Assembly (NCBI GenBank): GCA_965219095.1
Contig: CBDCMT010000001.1
Span: 1,472,001-1,536,000 of the forward strand
Reading direction: 5' to 3'
Origin: Bdellovibrionales bacterium
GTDB lineage: Bacteria; Bdellovibrionota; Bdellovibrionia; Bdellovibrionales; UBA1609
DNA: 64,000 bases
Shown here: positions 1 to 11,271 of the stretch, piece after piece
Layout of the letters: every line of letters starts with the position of its first letter
Position numbering within the stretch: position 1 is the first letter of the stretch
Notes under the pieces: model-generated
Database searches by the model: none
The model's input: the letters and a program-made list of their open reading frames with translations, nothing else
Told to the model about the DNA's origin: nothing
Position numbers and translations under genes: made by a program

Positions 1-1063
1 GTAAGAATACTCCTATACCTTCTCTGAAGAGTTTCGTACTCTTTTTGAGTCAGAACTCTTGACTCTTTTTTATGAACTAACTCCACAGTCTCTTTAAGAA
101 GTTTTTTGAGATTTGTAGCCCATTTGAATCCATTGCTTTCTTCTATAAATTTAAGCTCTCTCAAAAGGTGAGCCACACACAAAGCATGAGTTATCTTATC
201 ATAACAAAAGTAAGGACTCCAACAATCATGCACAAGCACTCCTCCATATCTATCCAAGAGACCAATATCTTTTATGGCTTCCCTTCCACCTGAAAGGTGG
301 AGAAACTGCAAGTGAACTTCCCCCAAAAAAGTGGACAGTTTTTATGTTCTTAAAGCCCTCCTTTGTTTAAATTCTTTTGGGCTCATGTAATGTTCCCCAA
401 CACGCTCTAAAAGACAGCATCTGAACTATAATGAAATTGATGATGGAAGCTCTAATGCCTATACCATACTGAAGAGGACCACTCATACCTTTAGGGAATT
501 GACCTTTATTTCTAGCTCCACATGAGGGACAATCCTTAACTTCAGAAGTTACAGTATGGGTCTGAATTTCATAAAAAATATCAATCTTTTTACGCTTCTC
601 AAGGCTTTTTACCTCTGCTGTCTTTAAAAACATCCCACACTGAGAACACTCTGAGGGAGAGACAGTCTCCTCGCTGTTTTGTATCTTTACTGATAAGCCT
701 AGAGCCCTTTTTTTGACTCTCCCTAGCCTTCTTATTACGATTCCCTTGACGACTAAAATCTTGCGAAGGAGGAAGACCGCTGTTGCTGGAATTTTTTCGA
801 ACCTGTTTTTCTAAAAGCACAACAATCAGAATGTTCACAACCTTAAAGAGAGATTCAACAATCACAGAAATCTCAGTAGGCATAGAACCTTTCTTTGCAA
901 ACTTATCAAAGTCACTTCTTATATTTTCAATCTCATTTCTGATGGAGGTCTTATTTATTGTCATTTGAAAAAAGTATTTAAAAGAAAATCTATATGAGCA
1001 AGACTTTTATCTTAAAACAGGTCTAAAGTTAGGGATAACTGAACAATGTAGGTGAGCAGTTAC
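1..1063 (-). mobile_element. IS66-family (ISBst12-type) element copy A, partial, cut by window edge, transposase pseudogene
   Basis: Left terminal IR GTAACTGCTCAC ends at 1063; sequence near-identical to copies at 36636, 50677, 53162; frameshifts and an internal replacement by an IS3 end. Confidence 0.9.
313..384 (-). mobile_element. IS3-family right-end remnant inside IS66 copy A
   Basis: TGAACTTCCCCCAAAAAAGTGGACA terminus; minus strand encodes (Y)MSPKEFKQRRALRT*, like an IS3 integrase C-terminus; replaces about 200 bp present in other IS66 copies. Confidence 0.7.
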
Positions 1064-1143
1064 AATCCATGATAAAATACAGGTATAGGTAGTGATCTAA
1101 ACCCTTAACCCTAAAGAGAGAGGCTAGAAACTAGAATTAACTA

Positions 1144-1956
1144 ATGAACATAAAAACCACAAACTCTTTTAAAGGCTTCTCTCTTATTGAAGTGATAGTT
1201 GCTTTAGTCATTCTTTCTATTGTTAGTTCAGGCTTTATCGCTATGATGGATCATCAACAAACAGCTACCAGCTTTTTAGAAGCAAGAGTAGCAGAAATAG
1301 AACTCGTAAGGGAAGTTACTTCATATCTGATTGAACCAGATGCATGTACAAATACACTTACATTCACCCCTATCAAACCTTATTCTGTATACAATTTAAG
1401 ATTAGTACAGGGGATTAGAGACAAGAACAACAACGAATCCATTCCTACGAACTCACAACATGGCGGCAACAACAATGCCATTAAGATCGTTGCTATGAAC
1501 ATTCGTCAAATAGATAGTGCTGAAGGTGATACCCTCCCCTCTCCCGCAACATCCTCTGTAGAAGGAACAGTAAGGCTTAGGCTTAAAATAGAACGTTTAA
1601 AAATAAAACTAAATAACATAGTAGAAAGAGATATCAGATTATTTGTGAAAATGAACTCCAGTGGAGTGATCACTGATTGCGGATTACATGGAGGGCTTTG
1701 TCCTTCTGGCGAATTTGTAACAGGTTTTCAAAATAACGGTGAAATAATTTGCTCTACAGGACTTCCTGGACCCCAAGGGCCACCAGGGGTACCAGGGACA
1801 CCAGCATTACCAGGGCCACCAGGAGTGCCAGGGCCACCAGGGGTACCAGGGACACCAGCATTACCAGGGCCACCAGGAGTGCCAGGGCCACCAGGGGTAC
1901 CAGGGACACCAGCATTACCAGGGCCACCAGGAGTGCCAGGAGCCAATCCTCCTTAA
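1144..1956 (+). CDS. Type IV pilin/pseudopilin-like protein with C-terminal collagen-like G-X-P repeats
   Basis: Class III signal [11 protein letters not shown] followed by hydrophobic helix; Cys residues; [10 protein letters not shown] segment; then ([18 protein letters not shown])x3. Confidence 0.85.
   Translation: MNIKTTNSFKGFSLIEVIVALVILSIVSSGFIAMMDHQQTATSFLEARVAEIELVREVTSYLIEPDACTNTLTFTPIKPYSVYNLRLVQGIRDKNNNESIPTNSQHGGNNNAIKIVAMNIRQIDSAEGDTLPSPATSSVEGTVRLRLKIERLKIKLNNIVERDIRLFVKMNSSGVITDCGLHGGLCPSGEFVTGFQNNGEIICSTGLPGPQGPPGVPGTPALPGPPGVPGPPGVPGTPALPGPPGVPGPPGVPGTPALPGPPGVPGANPP
1777..1938 (+). repeat. Three perfect tandem 54-bp repeats encoding an 18-aa collagen-like unit
   Basis: GGGCCACCAGGGGTACCAGGGACACCAGCATTACCAGGGCCACCAGGAGTGCCA at 1777, 1831, 1885. 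Confidence 0.97.
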
Positions 1957-2076
1957 AAACCCTCCAATACCATTTCCAAAAAATAATTCGACATTTTTTA
2001 ACGCATAGCATCCTGGCTTTTTGATCAAACTCTGTTAAATTTTTAAAGTGTCAAAAAAGATTTAGTCACAAAGATT

Positions 2077-2736
2077 GTAAGTCGGTTTCTTAACAGCCCT
2101 TGACTCCTATAAGGAGGATATTTCTTAGATTTTAAAGGAGAAGTTTTTATTGATCTTGTTGTAAAACGAACTTGTAAAACATTTCCCTAAGGCCTTCCCC
2201 GTTACAAAAATATAGAGAAGTTCTTTAGAATAATTCTTAGTTTTTTTCCGTATTGTGATTTGCTTTGTGCTTTATTCTTTTAGAGGATGTCCCATTTCTC
2301 GGTGGAATTCTAGAGGACGATTTCATGTTTAAGCGACCTTTCTTTGTTTTGCAACCATTTTTTCTAAGTTTTCTTTAAAGTTTTTTAAATGCATAAAGCC
2401 TCTGATTCGTTTAAATCTTTTCTCAGCATCAAAGAGAGTAACAGCAGCCCAACGACTCACTTGGTCTGCTCCTCTCTTCCAGTTCTTAACTCTTCCTGTC
2501 CTATACCTTGTGTAGGAAAACTGGACTCTATAGAATTTGTAGACAGTAAAGTCTTTTTTAAGGAGGGTATTAAGACGAATCACAGTCAAAGTCTCCTTAC
2601 AAGCTTCTTCAAGAGATTCTAAAGCTGAATGGTTGATCTGTTTCAACCAACAAACTAACTGAACTTCCCCTGTTTCTTAAGAAAAACTTATAAGAGAAAT
2701 TTAAGCTCAGATAGGGCGGTCAGATAACCGAGTTAC
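2077..2736. mobile_element. Remnant of a second IS66-type element (GTAAGTCGGTT.../...AACCGAGTTAC ends)
   Basis: 2077-2280 closely matches 57304-57506; termini match those of the MITE at 22888-23008. Confidence 0.65.
2283..2659 (-). pseudogene. IS256-family transposase C-terminal fragment with right end
   Basis: SLEEA..ETLTVIRL, RVKNW, RWAA..L..AEKRFKRIRG motifs; end GAGGATGTCCCATT repeated at 60860. Confidence 0.8.
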
Positions 2737-2911
2737 GAAAGAAGTGCCAACATCAAGACAAAACTATTGGCTTTGCACCATATGCAAGAAGGAAAATCGA
2801 TTCAAGAAATGTCTATGAAAACTTAAACCTCCCCCTCAAAAGAAGTTTTTTTAAAATCTCTTAACTGAAGCTTTTCCTTAAGTCAATTTTAAATTTGAAC
2901 ATAAAAATGTC

Positions 2912-5199
2912 TATCAAAAAGTATGTCAAGAAAAAACACTTCTCCATTTACAAAAAATATAAAAAATTTTTTTTGCATACAGTCACGAATATTCTAATCA
3001 CCTAAGAAAAAACTTCCTGCATTTCCTTTCCATTTTTTAATGACTCTTCCTTTACACATTGTAAAAAAACATATTCCTATTATGCGTCTATCTGAACCTT
3101 TTTTAGTTTTAAATCATGAATTCCAAAGATTTAAAACCTTAGATTATAGTAAATTTCAGGAATAGAGGATGTGCTATTCGTCGAAATGAATTTTTTATAA
3201 ATATCACTCTAATTATCTAAATTCGAGATAAATTTTACTCACTAGGATTTTCCATTTTAGGTCACCTCAAAGAAACTCCATTTCTATAGGGGAAATACAG
3301 GAATTTTCAATCCAAAGAAAAATAAGCCTTGACTTTTCTTAGGTTTATAGTGAGTATTATACTCACTAGGAGGTGTTCATGAGCTTTATTAGAAGATACA
3401 AAAAGGGTGGTGTCGTTTATCTTGCAGAAGTAGAAAATCGATGGGTTAAAGGTAAAGTTGTTCAGAAATACATCCGTCATATTGGAAAAGAAGTTAATAA
3501 AGAGGCTGTCATTTCTCTTTCATCAAAAGATATTCAAATGGATGGTGTAAAAATCTATGGTCCCTTGCTTGCCTTTCACAGCATTGCAAAAAAAATAAAT
3601 CTTCCAGAAATTTTAGGGGAATACTCCAACGAAATACTAAGCATGACTTACGCTCACTGTATAAATTATAAAAGCTTACGGAATATGCCAAAATGGTATG
3701 AAAGAACTGATTTAAATTTGCTTCTAAACTTAGATTCTTTGACAGAAAGTCGATATTAACGATGAGCAAATAGAAGCTTATCAGAAAACCATCTTTAATA
3801 AGGTCAAGAGAACATATAAATTAGATACCAAAGGTCTAGTTTATGACACTACAAACACTTATTTTCATGGAAAGGCCTGCTCAATGGGAAAACAAGGAAG
3901 AAGTAAGGATGGTCAAAGACAAAATGATCTTATTCAAATAGCTTTGGTGACAACACAAAATGAAGGAGTTCCTGTATTTCACAAAACATTTGATGGAAAT
4001 ATTCATGACGCAAGAACTCTTTCATGCGTTCTAGAGTATTTACGAAAAAGTCAAATTCGTCCTCAACTGTTTGTTTATGATCGGGGTGTAGTTTCTAAAA
4101 AAAATCTGATGTCCTCTAGAGAAATAGGCTTAAATACCTTATGTGGCTTGCCCATTCGAGAGAAAGAAAAGGCTATTATAAGAAAGTTTTCAAATAAAAA
4201 ATTCCTGGACAACATATCAAGCATAGTCCGAGTCAATAAGAGTAGTTTTTATGTGGGAGGAGTTGCTTATAAATTAGCTTCAATTAGTGGAAAATTGGTA
4301 ATTTGTTATAATGCATCGAAAAAATTAGAGGAAACAGAATCAAGAAGATTGGGCTTTCTTGAGGCTCAAGAATTAAGAAAAAAAGGGAAAAAGATAAATG
4401 AACGTTTTGAAAGATATTTAACAGCCACTGGCAGAATCAGGACAGAGCTTTTAAAAAGAGAGGAAGAGTTGGATGGATTTTTTTGTCTTTTCTGCACAAA
4501 GAAATCCATTTCAGAAAAGGAAATGGTAAGGATTTATTTTGACAAGGATGTTATAGAACAAGCTTTTAAAGTATTGAAAGGTATCTCGAATATACAACCT
4601 ATCAGATTTTGGCTAAACAAAAAAGTTAAAGCCCATGTGTTCATATGTTATTTATCCTATCTTTTATTATCAATTTTAAAAATGAGATTAAATCATAAAA
4701 ATGTTGGAATATCTCCACAAAAAGCCATTGAGGAGTTGGAAACAATGTATAATGTTTATTTTTCTGATAAAAAGAAAAAAGTAAGGTTGATGAAAACTGT
4801 TACTTTAAATAAGAAGCAAGAAAAAATACTGAATTCCATAAATTTAGGAATTTTGAGAAATCGCACTTCCATACTTTCTTAAATCCTAGTGAGTAAAAAT
4901 TGTCTCAAACTTAGGTATATAGTGATCATACATTTTATTTTCCTCCTTTGTTGGTTTGTTTATAAATAAAGTCTTGAAATCCTATTTTACATCTTTTTTT
5001 TGCTTTTTCCTTTTTTTCGAGTAAGCCTTCACAAAAATACAGGCTTAATCGAAAAAAAAGGGAAAACACACCCTTTGAGGCCTTAAAAACCAGGCCAGCT
5101 AAAGGGTTTAGAATTTGTCTCGAAAAGCTCACCTCCTTCTGCAAGTACTTTAGGGTCACTATCATGGCTTAAACCAGTGACCTGTCTTTTTGATTTACC
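2912..5199 (-). mobile_element. Probable IS110-like remnant (ends retained, transposase lost) inserted in the IS630 right IR
   Basis: Splits IS630 IR AAAATGTC|GAATT with GTC on both sides; subterminal inverted ATCAAAAAG; TTGACA close to right end; ~265-bp left non-coding end then AAAGGAGG and ATG (MYDHYI); partial second copy at ~22855-23052. Confidence 0.45.
3216..4915 (+). mobile_element. IS1634-family element with frameshifted transposase (3373-3759 and 3884-4882)
   Basis: Imperfect ~32-bp IRs (TCTAAATTCGAGATAAATTTTACTCACTAGGA / TCCTAGTGAGTAAAAATTGTCTCAAACTTAGG); GRSKD, DRG, IEQAFK..KG, AHVFICYLSY motifs. Confidence 0.85.
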
Positions 5200-5278
5200 G
5201 TCGAATTAATTTCTGTAATTGGTATAACATAAAAACTAAAACATCTAAGTTATTTTTTAACAATTCCTAAGCTTTTTT

Positions 5279-7201
5279 CTAATACTCTAGAGGATCTACG
5301 AATACTCTCTTCTTAGATTTTCTCTTACCATGCTTTTTTATATAAAAGAAGATGGCTTGAAGGGCTGAAGGGTTCACCCCTTCTATATTTCCAGCCTGAG
5401 CTAAGGAATGAGGTCTTGCACTCTCAAGTTTTTCTATCTCTTCTTTAGAAAGCCCTTTGATGTCTTTGTAACATAGGCTCTTAGGTAGTTTATGTTGTTG
5501 CATTTTTTCTATTTGATTTAAAAGCTTATCATGTCTTTTAATATAACCCTCGTACTTTATAGCTATATGAACAGGTTCATTTACAAAAAAATCCTTTTGC
5601 TCTTCCTTTATAAAAAATCCTAACATTTCAAGAGTACGAAGATTTACATGATCTCTTCTCATAAACTCTTCTAGACTCATAGGTTTTAAAAGCGGATCTA
5701 GATTTTCTTTCTTTAATTTTTCTAAAGTATTAGGCTTAGGTGCGATAGAGGTTTCTTTCAAAAATTTCTTTAAAGATTCTCTTTTTTTTAAAAGCCTTAA
5801 AATCTTTTCTTCTTCCTTGTTTTTTAAAACTTTTAAATGAAAGGCTTTTTTATAAAGTCTTTCCAAACAGTTATCTTCCCTTAAAGCCAAACGAAATTCG
5901 GCTCTTGAGGTCATCATACGATAAGGCTCCTTGATCTCTTTGTTAACAAGATCATTGATAAGAACTCCTATATAAGCTTCATGGCGTCCTAAAATGAACT
6001 CTTCCTGATCTTCTATCTTTAAAGTCGCATTAAGACCTGCCATCAAACCCTGAGCAGCTGCTTCTTCATAGCCACTTGTTCCATTAATCTGACCAGCAAG
6101 ATAGAGATGAGAGATATTTTTTGTTTCCAAAGTTTCGTAAATCCCCGATCGACCTGAAGACTTTATAAAATCATACTCAACAGCATAACCTGGCTTTAAA
6201 ATCTTCACAAACTCTAGGCCCGGTATTGTTCTTAGAAACTCGTATTGAACCTTTTCAGGAAGACTTGTTGACATTCCTTGAAGATAAATAGAGTCTGTTG
6301 AAAGCCCTTCTGGTTCTAAGAAGCTCTGATGCCTTTCTTTTTCCGGAAACCGAGTGATCTTATCCTCAAGGCTGGGACAATACCGAGGACCGATCCCTTG
6401 AATGGCTCCTGTAAAAAGAGGGGATTGATCTAAATTCCTAGAGATGATCTCATGGGTTTTTTCATTGGTGTAAGTAATATGGCAAGCAATTTGAGGAAGT
6501 CTCAGCTTGTTCTCACCTCTAAAACTAAAAGGAATGAAATGTTTGTCTCCTAATTGTTTCTCAAGAAGGCTTATATCAATGCTTTTTTTACAAAGTCTAG
6601 GAGGAGTTCCTGTTTTAAATCTTTTGATTTCAAAGCCAAAATCTTTTAACTGATCAGAAATTCCTGTTGTTGCCTTATCTCCTAAACGCCCTCCTTTTTT
6701 TCTGTCAAGTCCAAAGTGCATAACAGCTCTCATAAAAGTCCCTGTTGTAATCACAACAGCTTTTGAAAAAATTTTTTTTTTCGACGTTGTTACAACACCT
6801 TCACATCTTGAATTTTTTAAAAGAAGTTTACTTACCTCAACTTCTTTAAGAAAAAGATGGGGATAAGTTTTAAGTCTTTCTAAAATATAGCGACTGTAAA
6901 GGGCTTTATCACATTGAATGCGAGACCCTCTCACAGCAGGCCCTTTACTAGCATTCAATCTTTTAAACTGAAGGCATTGTCTGTCTGCTGCTAAAGGCAT
7001 TTCAGCACCAAAAACATCCATTTCCTTAACTAAGTGTCCTTTCCCTAAACCCCCTATAGAAGGGTTGCAACTCATATACGCCAACCTATCCTTTTTTAAA
7101 GTGATAAGAAGGGTCGAAAAACCTCTTCTTGCCGAAACACATGCTGCTTCCACACCTGCATGCCCTCCTCCCACAACAATTAGATCAAACTTATTTTCCA
7201 A
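5279..7201 (-). CDS. mnmG: tRNA uridine-5-carboxymethylaminomethyl modification enzyme MnmG/GidA
   Basis: GGGHAG FAD motif, [33 protein letters not shown]. Confidence 0.98.
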   Translation of the reverse strand: MENKFDLIVVGGGHAGVEAACVSARRGFSTLLITLKKDRLAYMSCNPSIGGLGKGHLVKEMDVFGAEMPLAADRQCLQFKRLNASKGPAVRGSRIQCDKALYSRYILERLKTYPHLFLKEVEVSKLLLKNSRCEGVVTTSKKKIFSKAVVITTGTFMRAVMHFGLDRKKGGRLGDKATTGISDQLKDFGFEIKRFKTGTPPRLCKKSIDISLLEKQLGDKHFIPFSFRGENKLRLPQIACHITYTNEKTHEIISRNLDQSPLFTGAIQGIGPRYCPSLEDKITRFPEKERHQSFLEPEGLSTDSIYLQGMSTSLPEKVQYEFLRTIPGLEFVKILKPGYAVEYDFIKSSGRSGIYETLETKNISHLYLAGQINGTSGYEEAAAQGLMAGLNATLKIEDQEEFILGRHEAYIGVLINDLVNKEIKEPYRMMTSRAEFRLALREDNCLERLYKKAFHLKVLKNKEEEKILRLLKKRESLKKFLKETSIAPKPNTLEKLKKENLDPLLKPMSLEEFMRRDHVNLRTLEMLGFFIKEEQKDFFVNEPVHIAIKYEGYIKRHDKLLNQIEKMQQHKLPKSLCYKDIKGLSKEEIEKLESARPHSLAQAGNIEGVNPSALQAIFFYIKKHGKRKSKKRVFVDPLEY

Positions 7202-8567
7202 GGCAAAATTCCTTAAAGATTTTATCTAAAACTTGTTCATCATAGGTCTTTCCTAAGAGCTGATGCAATTGATCAAGAGCCTTTTTTAAATAATAAGCCA
7301 TTTCTTCTGTGTTATTTTGTTTTAAGGCACATTCTACATTTTTATAAGACTTATTGATAAGCTCAAAATGTCTTACCTCAGTAACAAGGCTCTCTCTTTC
7401 ATTAAGATTGGAATAAGAAACTTTTTCATAAACTTTCTCTAAGAGCTCTTTTAAGCCCTCTTTTCTTAAAGCACTTACAGGATGAAGATAGAACAATCTG
7501 TCTCTTATTTTAATAGACAAGGAAGAGGGTTCTTTCAAATCTATTTTATTAAAAACTAAAAATACTTTGTTCAGATCTAATCTCTTGATTTCAGAGATAT
7601 CATCAAAATCTACAAGACAGGTTGAATCAATTACATAAAAAATAAAATCACTTTTCTCAGCTAATTTTCTTGTTCTTTCAAGACCTTGTTTTTCAACTTC
7701 ATGGTCTGTGTTTCTCAAACCTGCTGTATCAATCCACTCTATTACAAAATTTTTTTTTCTTTGAGGTTCTGTGATAAAATCTCTTGTGGTCCCTTTTAAT
7801 GGACTAACAATGGCACGCTCTGTATTTAAGAAGGCATTAAAAAGACTTGATTTTCCTACATTAGTCTTTCCCATAAGTACAATCTTAAGTCCTTTTTTTA
7901 AAGTTTTTCCCTCTGTATAAGATTGTAATAATGTCTTTAAAGAATTTTGTGTTCTTTTAAGAGATTCTAAAAGAGGGTTTTTCTCTAAAGAGATCTCCTC
8001 TTCACTAAAGTCAATATCAGCTTCAATGTAAGCTAAAATTTTCACCAAAGCTTCTTCTATTGATTTTATTTTAGAAGAAAGCTTTCCTTGAAGCTGTGAG
8101 ACAAATTGTAAGGCTGAACTTTCTGTTTGGCTTTGAACGAGGCTATGAATGCTTTCAGCTTGGATCAAATCAATTTTTTGATTTAAAAAAGCTCTTAAAG
8201 TAAACTCTCCAGGCTGAGCTAGTCTACACCCTGCCTTAAGAAGTTCATGTAAAACACTCTGAGCTAGAACTCCACTCCCATGACATGATATCTCTAAAAC
8301 CTCCTCTCCTGTAAAAGACTTTCCTGTAGCAAAATAGCTAACTAAAACTTCATCGAGACTCTCCCCTTTAAGGGCTTCTAAAAATCCGTAGTAAATTTTA
8401 TGAGTCTCGAGATTTTTTTTTAAGAAAGGACAAAGTTTTCTTACTATACTATAAGAATCCTTACCGCTGACTCTTATAACAGCCAACCCTCCCTTTCCTT
8501 CAGGAGTGGCTAAAGCACAAATTGTGTCTTCAGAATGAAAGAGAGAGGAAGGTGTTTCAAATGACAT
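7191..8567 (-). CDS. mnmE: tRNA modification GTPase MnmE/TrmE
   Basis: [31 protein letters not shown]-terminal FCLGK. Confidence 0.98.
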   Translation of the reverse strand: MSFETPSSLFHSEDTICALATPEGKGGLAVIRVSGKDSYSIVRKLCPFLKKNLETHKIYYGFLEALKGESLDEVLVSYFATGKSFTGEEVLEISCHGSGVLAQSVLHELLKAGCRLAQPGEFTLRAFLNQKIDLIQAESIHSLVQSQTESSALQFVSQLQGKLSSKIKSIEEALVKILAYIEADIDFSEEEISLEKNPLLESLKRTQNSLKTLLQSYTEGKTLKKGLKIVLMGKTNVGKSSLFNAFLNTERAIVSPLKGTTRDFITEPQRKKNFVIEWIDTAGLRNTDHEVEKQGLERTRKLAEKSDFIFYVIDSTCLVDFDDISEIKRLDLNKVFLVFNKIDLKEPSSLSIKIRDRLFYLHPVSALRKEGLKELLEKVYEKVSYSNLNERESLVTEVRHFELINKSYKNVECALKQNNTEEMAYYLKKALDQLHQLLGKTYDEQVLDKIFKEFCLGK

Positions 8568-9073
8568 TATATCTCTTGTCCATTATTTGATAAATAAATT
8601 TTAATCTTTTTATAGTAGCCTTCTCCTAAGGACTGTGTCTTTACACGTGAGTCCTCTGATAAACATTTATGAACAATCCTTCTGTCCCTTGAAGAAAGGG
8701 GTTTCATAAAAATAGGCTTTTTTTTCTCTAAGACTTGTTCTTTTATTTTATTTACTGTTTGAACAAGGGTTTTTTCCTGACTTTCTCTATACTCATTAGA
8801 ATCAATTTGTATGTTCACATTTTTATCAGGAAAGCGGTTCTTAGAAGCTTTTGAAACAAAAAACTCCATTTCCTCTAGAAGTCGCCCCTTTTTTTCAGTT
8901 AATCTTTTCTCGTCTTCACCATAAAGATTAACATGAACCATATCACCTTTTTCTGAAAAATTCATTTCATAAGAAAGATGAAACCCTGCTTTTTCTAGCA
9001 AGTTAAAAAGGATGTCTTCTATAAAATCCTCATAGGTTTTCTTTCCGAAAAGTTTATTTATAAATCCTGTCAT
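8567..9073 (-). CDS. jag: Jag/KhpB-like KH + R3H RNA-binding protein, short form
   Basis: R3H motif RRIVH and SLGEG; position between yidC and mnmE. Confidence 0.85.
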   Translation of the reverse strand: MTGFINKLFGKKTYEDFIEDILFNLLEKAGFHLSYEMNFSEKGDMVHVNLYGEDEKRLTEKKGRLLEEMEFFVSKASKNRFPDKNVNIQIDSNEYRESQEKTLVQTVNKIKEQVLEKKKPIFMKPLSSRDRRIVHKCLSEDSRVKTQSLGEGYYKKIKIYLSNNGQEI

Positions 9074-9097
9074 ATTTTCTCCTTTTATTTTATTTTG

Positions 9098-10690
9098 TTA
9101 TTTCTTTTTCTCAAACTTATAAAAAATAGACTGCTGTACAACAGCCCATAGACCGCTAATAAAGAACGATAATGTTAAACCACTTGCTAAAGGTAAAATC
9201 ATAAGGCTGAAAACACCCAGCATAATATACATCATTTTTTTCTGTAGAGGCTCCATTGTTTTTGAACCAGGAGATAGCTTTTGTTGAAAGATCATGGTTA
9301 AAAACAAAAGTATGGGGAAAATATAATACGGATCGGCTAAGCTTAAGTCCTCTATCCATAAAAAGAAGGGCGCTTTATAAAGTTCAATACTTTGTCTTAA
9401 AACTCCATACAGAGCAAAAAATACAGGCATCTGTAAAAGCATAGGAAGACAACCCATCATAGGATTAATATTATTTTCTTTGTAAATTTTTAAAACTTCT
9501 TGATTCACCTTTTGAGGATCATTTTTGTACTTCTTTCTCAAACTTTGAAGAACAGGTCCAACCTCAGACATTTTTTTCATAGATCGATAAGAAATGATAT
9601 TAAAAGGCAACACAACGATTCTGATTAAAAAAGTAAGAAAAATGATAGCAACACCCCAATTTCCAAAAATGTTATAAAAAAACTGCATAGAGCTTAAAAG
9701 AATTTTTCCTATAGGACTAAAAAACCCAAGATCTAAAAGCCCTATTAGCCCTGCTTGAAGGCCTTTTAATCTTTTGCTCTCTTTAGGGCCAAAGAAAATA
9801 GCATAATCAATGCTGTATTTTTTTAAAATGACATTTTGAGGTACAAGAAAAGAGATTTTAGACAATATTTCTTTTTTTATGCCATTAGAAACCACTTCAG
9901 CTTTAGGAAAAGTATTGGATTTGTTAATAAAGATAGAAGAAAAATACTGTGTTGTTGTAGCAAGAGCTGTTAACTTATCAAAGTTTTTTTCAAATTTTTC
10001 AGAGGAATTTGGTAAAATCCAATCCTCATCTGAATTTTGTAAAACAAGGACTTTTTTTAGATCTATTTGAGGAGAAAATAAGCTTTTTAAAAACCCTCCC
10101 TCTATCTCTTTAAATTGATCGGGAATATAAATAGAAAGCCCTTTAAATTGATCCAGATTCCCTTTAACTGAAAGTTCATTTTCAACAAGGTACTCCTTAG
10201 ATAAAATACGAATTTTTTGTTCTACAATCAAATTTCCTCTTCGAGCTTTTCCCAAATAGGAATTTTTTGAAATTTTATAAATTTCAAAATCAAGAGGCTT
10301 AGAATCTCCTTCTAATCTTAATTCATAGGGTCTGTACTCTGATTTGTAAAGAGCAAGTTCAATTTTATGACCTTTTCTGTCTTTATAATTCTCTAATTTA
10401 ACGTTTTTAAAGGACATCCCTTTAGAAGAAATCTCAAAAGACCAAATTTGATCTTCATAAATAAACTTTTTTTCCTTCTTTTCTGTAATCCTTGTAACCT
10501 TGACTTTTTGTTTTTTTTCGTATGATGGTTTTATCTTCTTACTCTCTTCGATTTGTTTTTGAGGATTTTCTACACTTTTCTCCTCAGGATACTTTTTTTT
10601 CATCCAAGAACTCCATATGAGGAACACAGCCAAGGACATTAAAATAGCAAGTAAAGTCCTCCCTTCTAAAAAACTTTTATTTTCGTTCAT
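9098..10690 (-). CDS. yidC: Membrane protein insertase YidC
   Basis: [28 protein letters not shown]; start taken at MNENKS after AAAGGAG. Confidence 0.96.
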   Translation of the reverse strand: MNENKSFLEGRTLLAILMSLAVFLIWSSWMKKKYPEEKSVENPQKQIEESKKIKPSYEKKQKVKVTRITEKKEKKFIYEDQIWSFEISSKGMSFKNVKLENYKDRKGHKIELALYKSEYRPYELRLEGDSKPLDFEIYKISKNSYLGKARRGNLIVEQKIRILSKEYLVENELSVKGNLDQFKGLSIYIPDQFKEIEGGFLKSLFSPQIDLKKVLVLQNSDEDWILPNSSEKFEKNFDKLTALATTTQYFSSIFINKSNTFPKAEVVSNGIKKEILSKISFLVPQNVILKKYSIDYAIFFGPKESKRLKGLQAGLIGLLDLGFFSPIGKILLSSMQFFYNIFGNWGVAIIFLTFLIRIVVLPFNIISYRSMKKMSEVGPVLQSLRKKYKNDPQKVNQEVLKIYKENNINPMMGCLPMLLQMPVFFALYGVLRQSIELYKAPFFLWIEDLSLADPYYIFPILLFLTMIFQQKLSPGSKTMEPLQKKMMYIMLGVFSLMILPLASGLTLSFFISGLWAVVQQSIFYKFEKKK

Positions 10691-10976
10691 GAAGACTCCT
10701 TTTTTCAAAGGCTTTCGTAACAAGAGGATCGTAGCCAATAGGCCCTAGGGGGTGACATTTAAGAAGTCTTTTTAGAACTAAAAAGGAAGCTTCGAAAGGG
10801 TTTTTCTTTGTAAAGGCTTCTTCGGCATAGGAAGAACATGAAGGATAAAAACGACAGGTTCTTCCAAAAATACTATGTAAAAAACTTCTGTAAAAGGCTA
10901 TAAAAGTAAAAACTATAAAGCGAAGAAAACTATATACATAGATTTTTAACTTTTTTAATACTTTTTGAAAATTCAT
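10677..10976 (-). CDS. yidD: Membrane protein insertion efficiency factor YidD
   Basis: [21 protein letters not shown]; start uncertain. Confidence 0.93.
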   Translation of the reverse strand: MNFQKVLKKLKIYVYSFLRFIVFTFIAFYRSFLHSIFGRTCRFYPSCSSYAEEAFTKKNPFEASFLVLKRLLKCHPLGPIGYDPLVTKAFEKRSLHERK

Positions 10977-11271
10977 TTTCAAATTCCTTATATTTAAGAT
11001 CTTTAAAAAACCCCTTCTTATGAGAAGAAAAAATAAAATTGACATGCAAAGGAGTTTTTAGTTTTTCTTTTCTTAAAAATTCTTTTACCCAACGTTTTAT
11101 ACGGTTTCTCACACAAGCTTTTCCTAACTTACGAGATAAAGTAAGGCCTACTCTAAATTCCTTCTCTTTCAAAAAAAACGCAAAAACCCATGGGCTAAGG
11201 TTCACTTTCCGTCCCTTTGAAAAAAGTCTTTGAACCTCTTTGTGACTAAGAGTTTCTAATTTATTTGCCAC
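10930..11271 (-). CDS. rnpA: Ribonuclease P protein component
   Basis: [21 protein letters not shown]; probable GTG start overlapping rpmH end. Confidence 0.92.
   Translation of the reverse strand: MANKLETLSHKEVQRLFSKGRKVNLSPWVFAFFLKEKEFRVGLTLSRKLGKACVRNRIKRWVKEFLRKEKLKTPLHVNFIFSSHKKGFFKDLKYKEFENEFSKSIKKVKNLCI

Larger units (their letters stand above)
1968..5224 (+). mobile_element. Degenerate IS630 shell containing nested IS remnants
   Basis: Left end TACCATTTCCAAAAAATAATTCGAC at 1968, internal pieces at ~2737-2911 and right end GTCGAATTAATTTCTGTAATTGGTA at 5200-5224 all match the element at 53977-55386. Confidence 0.85.

Noticed and set aside
783..968. 61-aa MLEFFRTC ORF recurring in IS66 copies
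   Set aside because: Antisense shadow of the transposase 5' end; conservation follows from copy identity
1777..1938. Possible CRISPR array
   Set aside because: Contiguous in-frame repeats with no spacers and no cas genes
1728..2024. Overlapping repeat ORFs 1728-1946(-), 1749-2024(+), 1754-2011(-)
   Set aside because: Stop-free shadows of the 54-bp repeat inside the pilin gene
4935..5165. 76-aa ORF
   Set aside because: Lies in a hairpin-rich mobile-element end; the second copy does not preserve the frame
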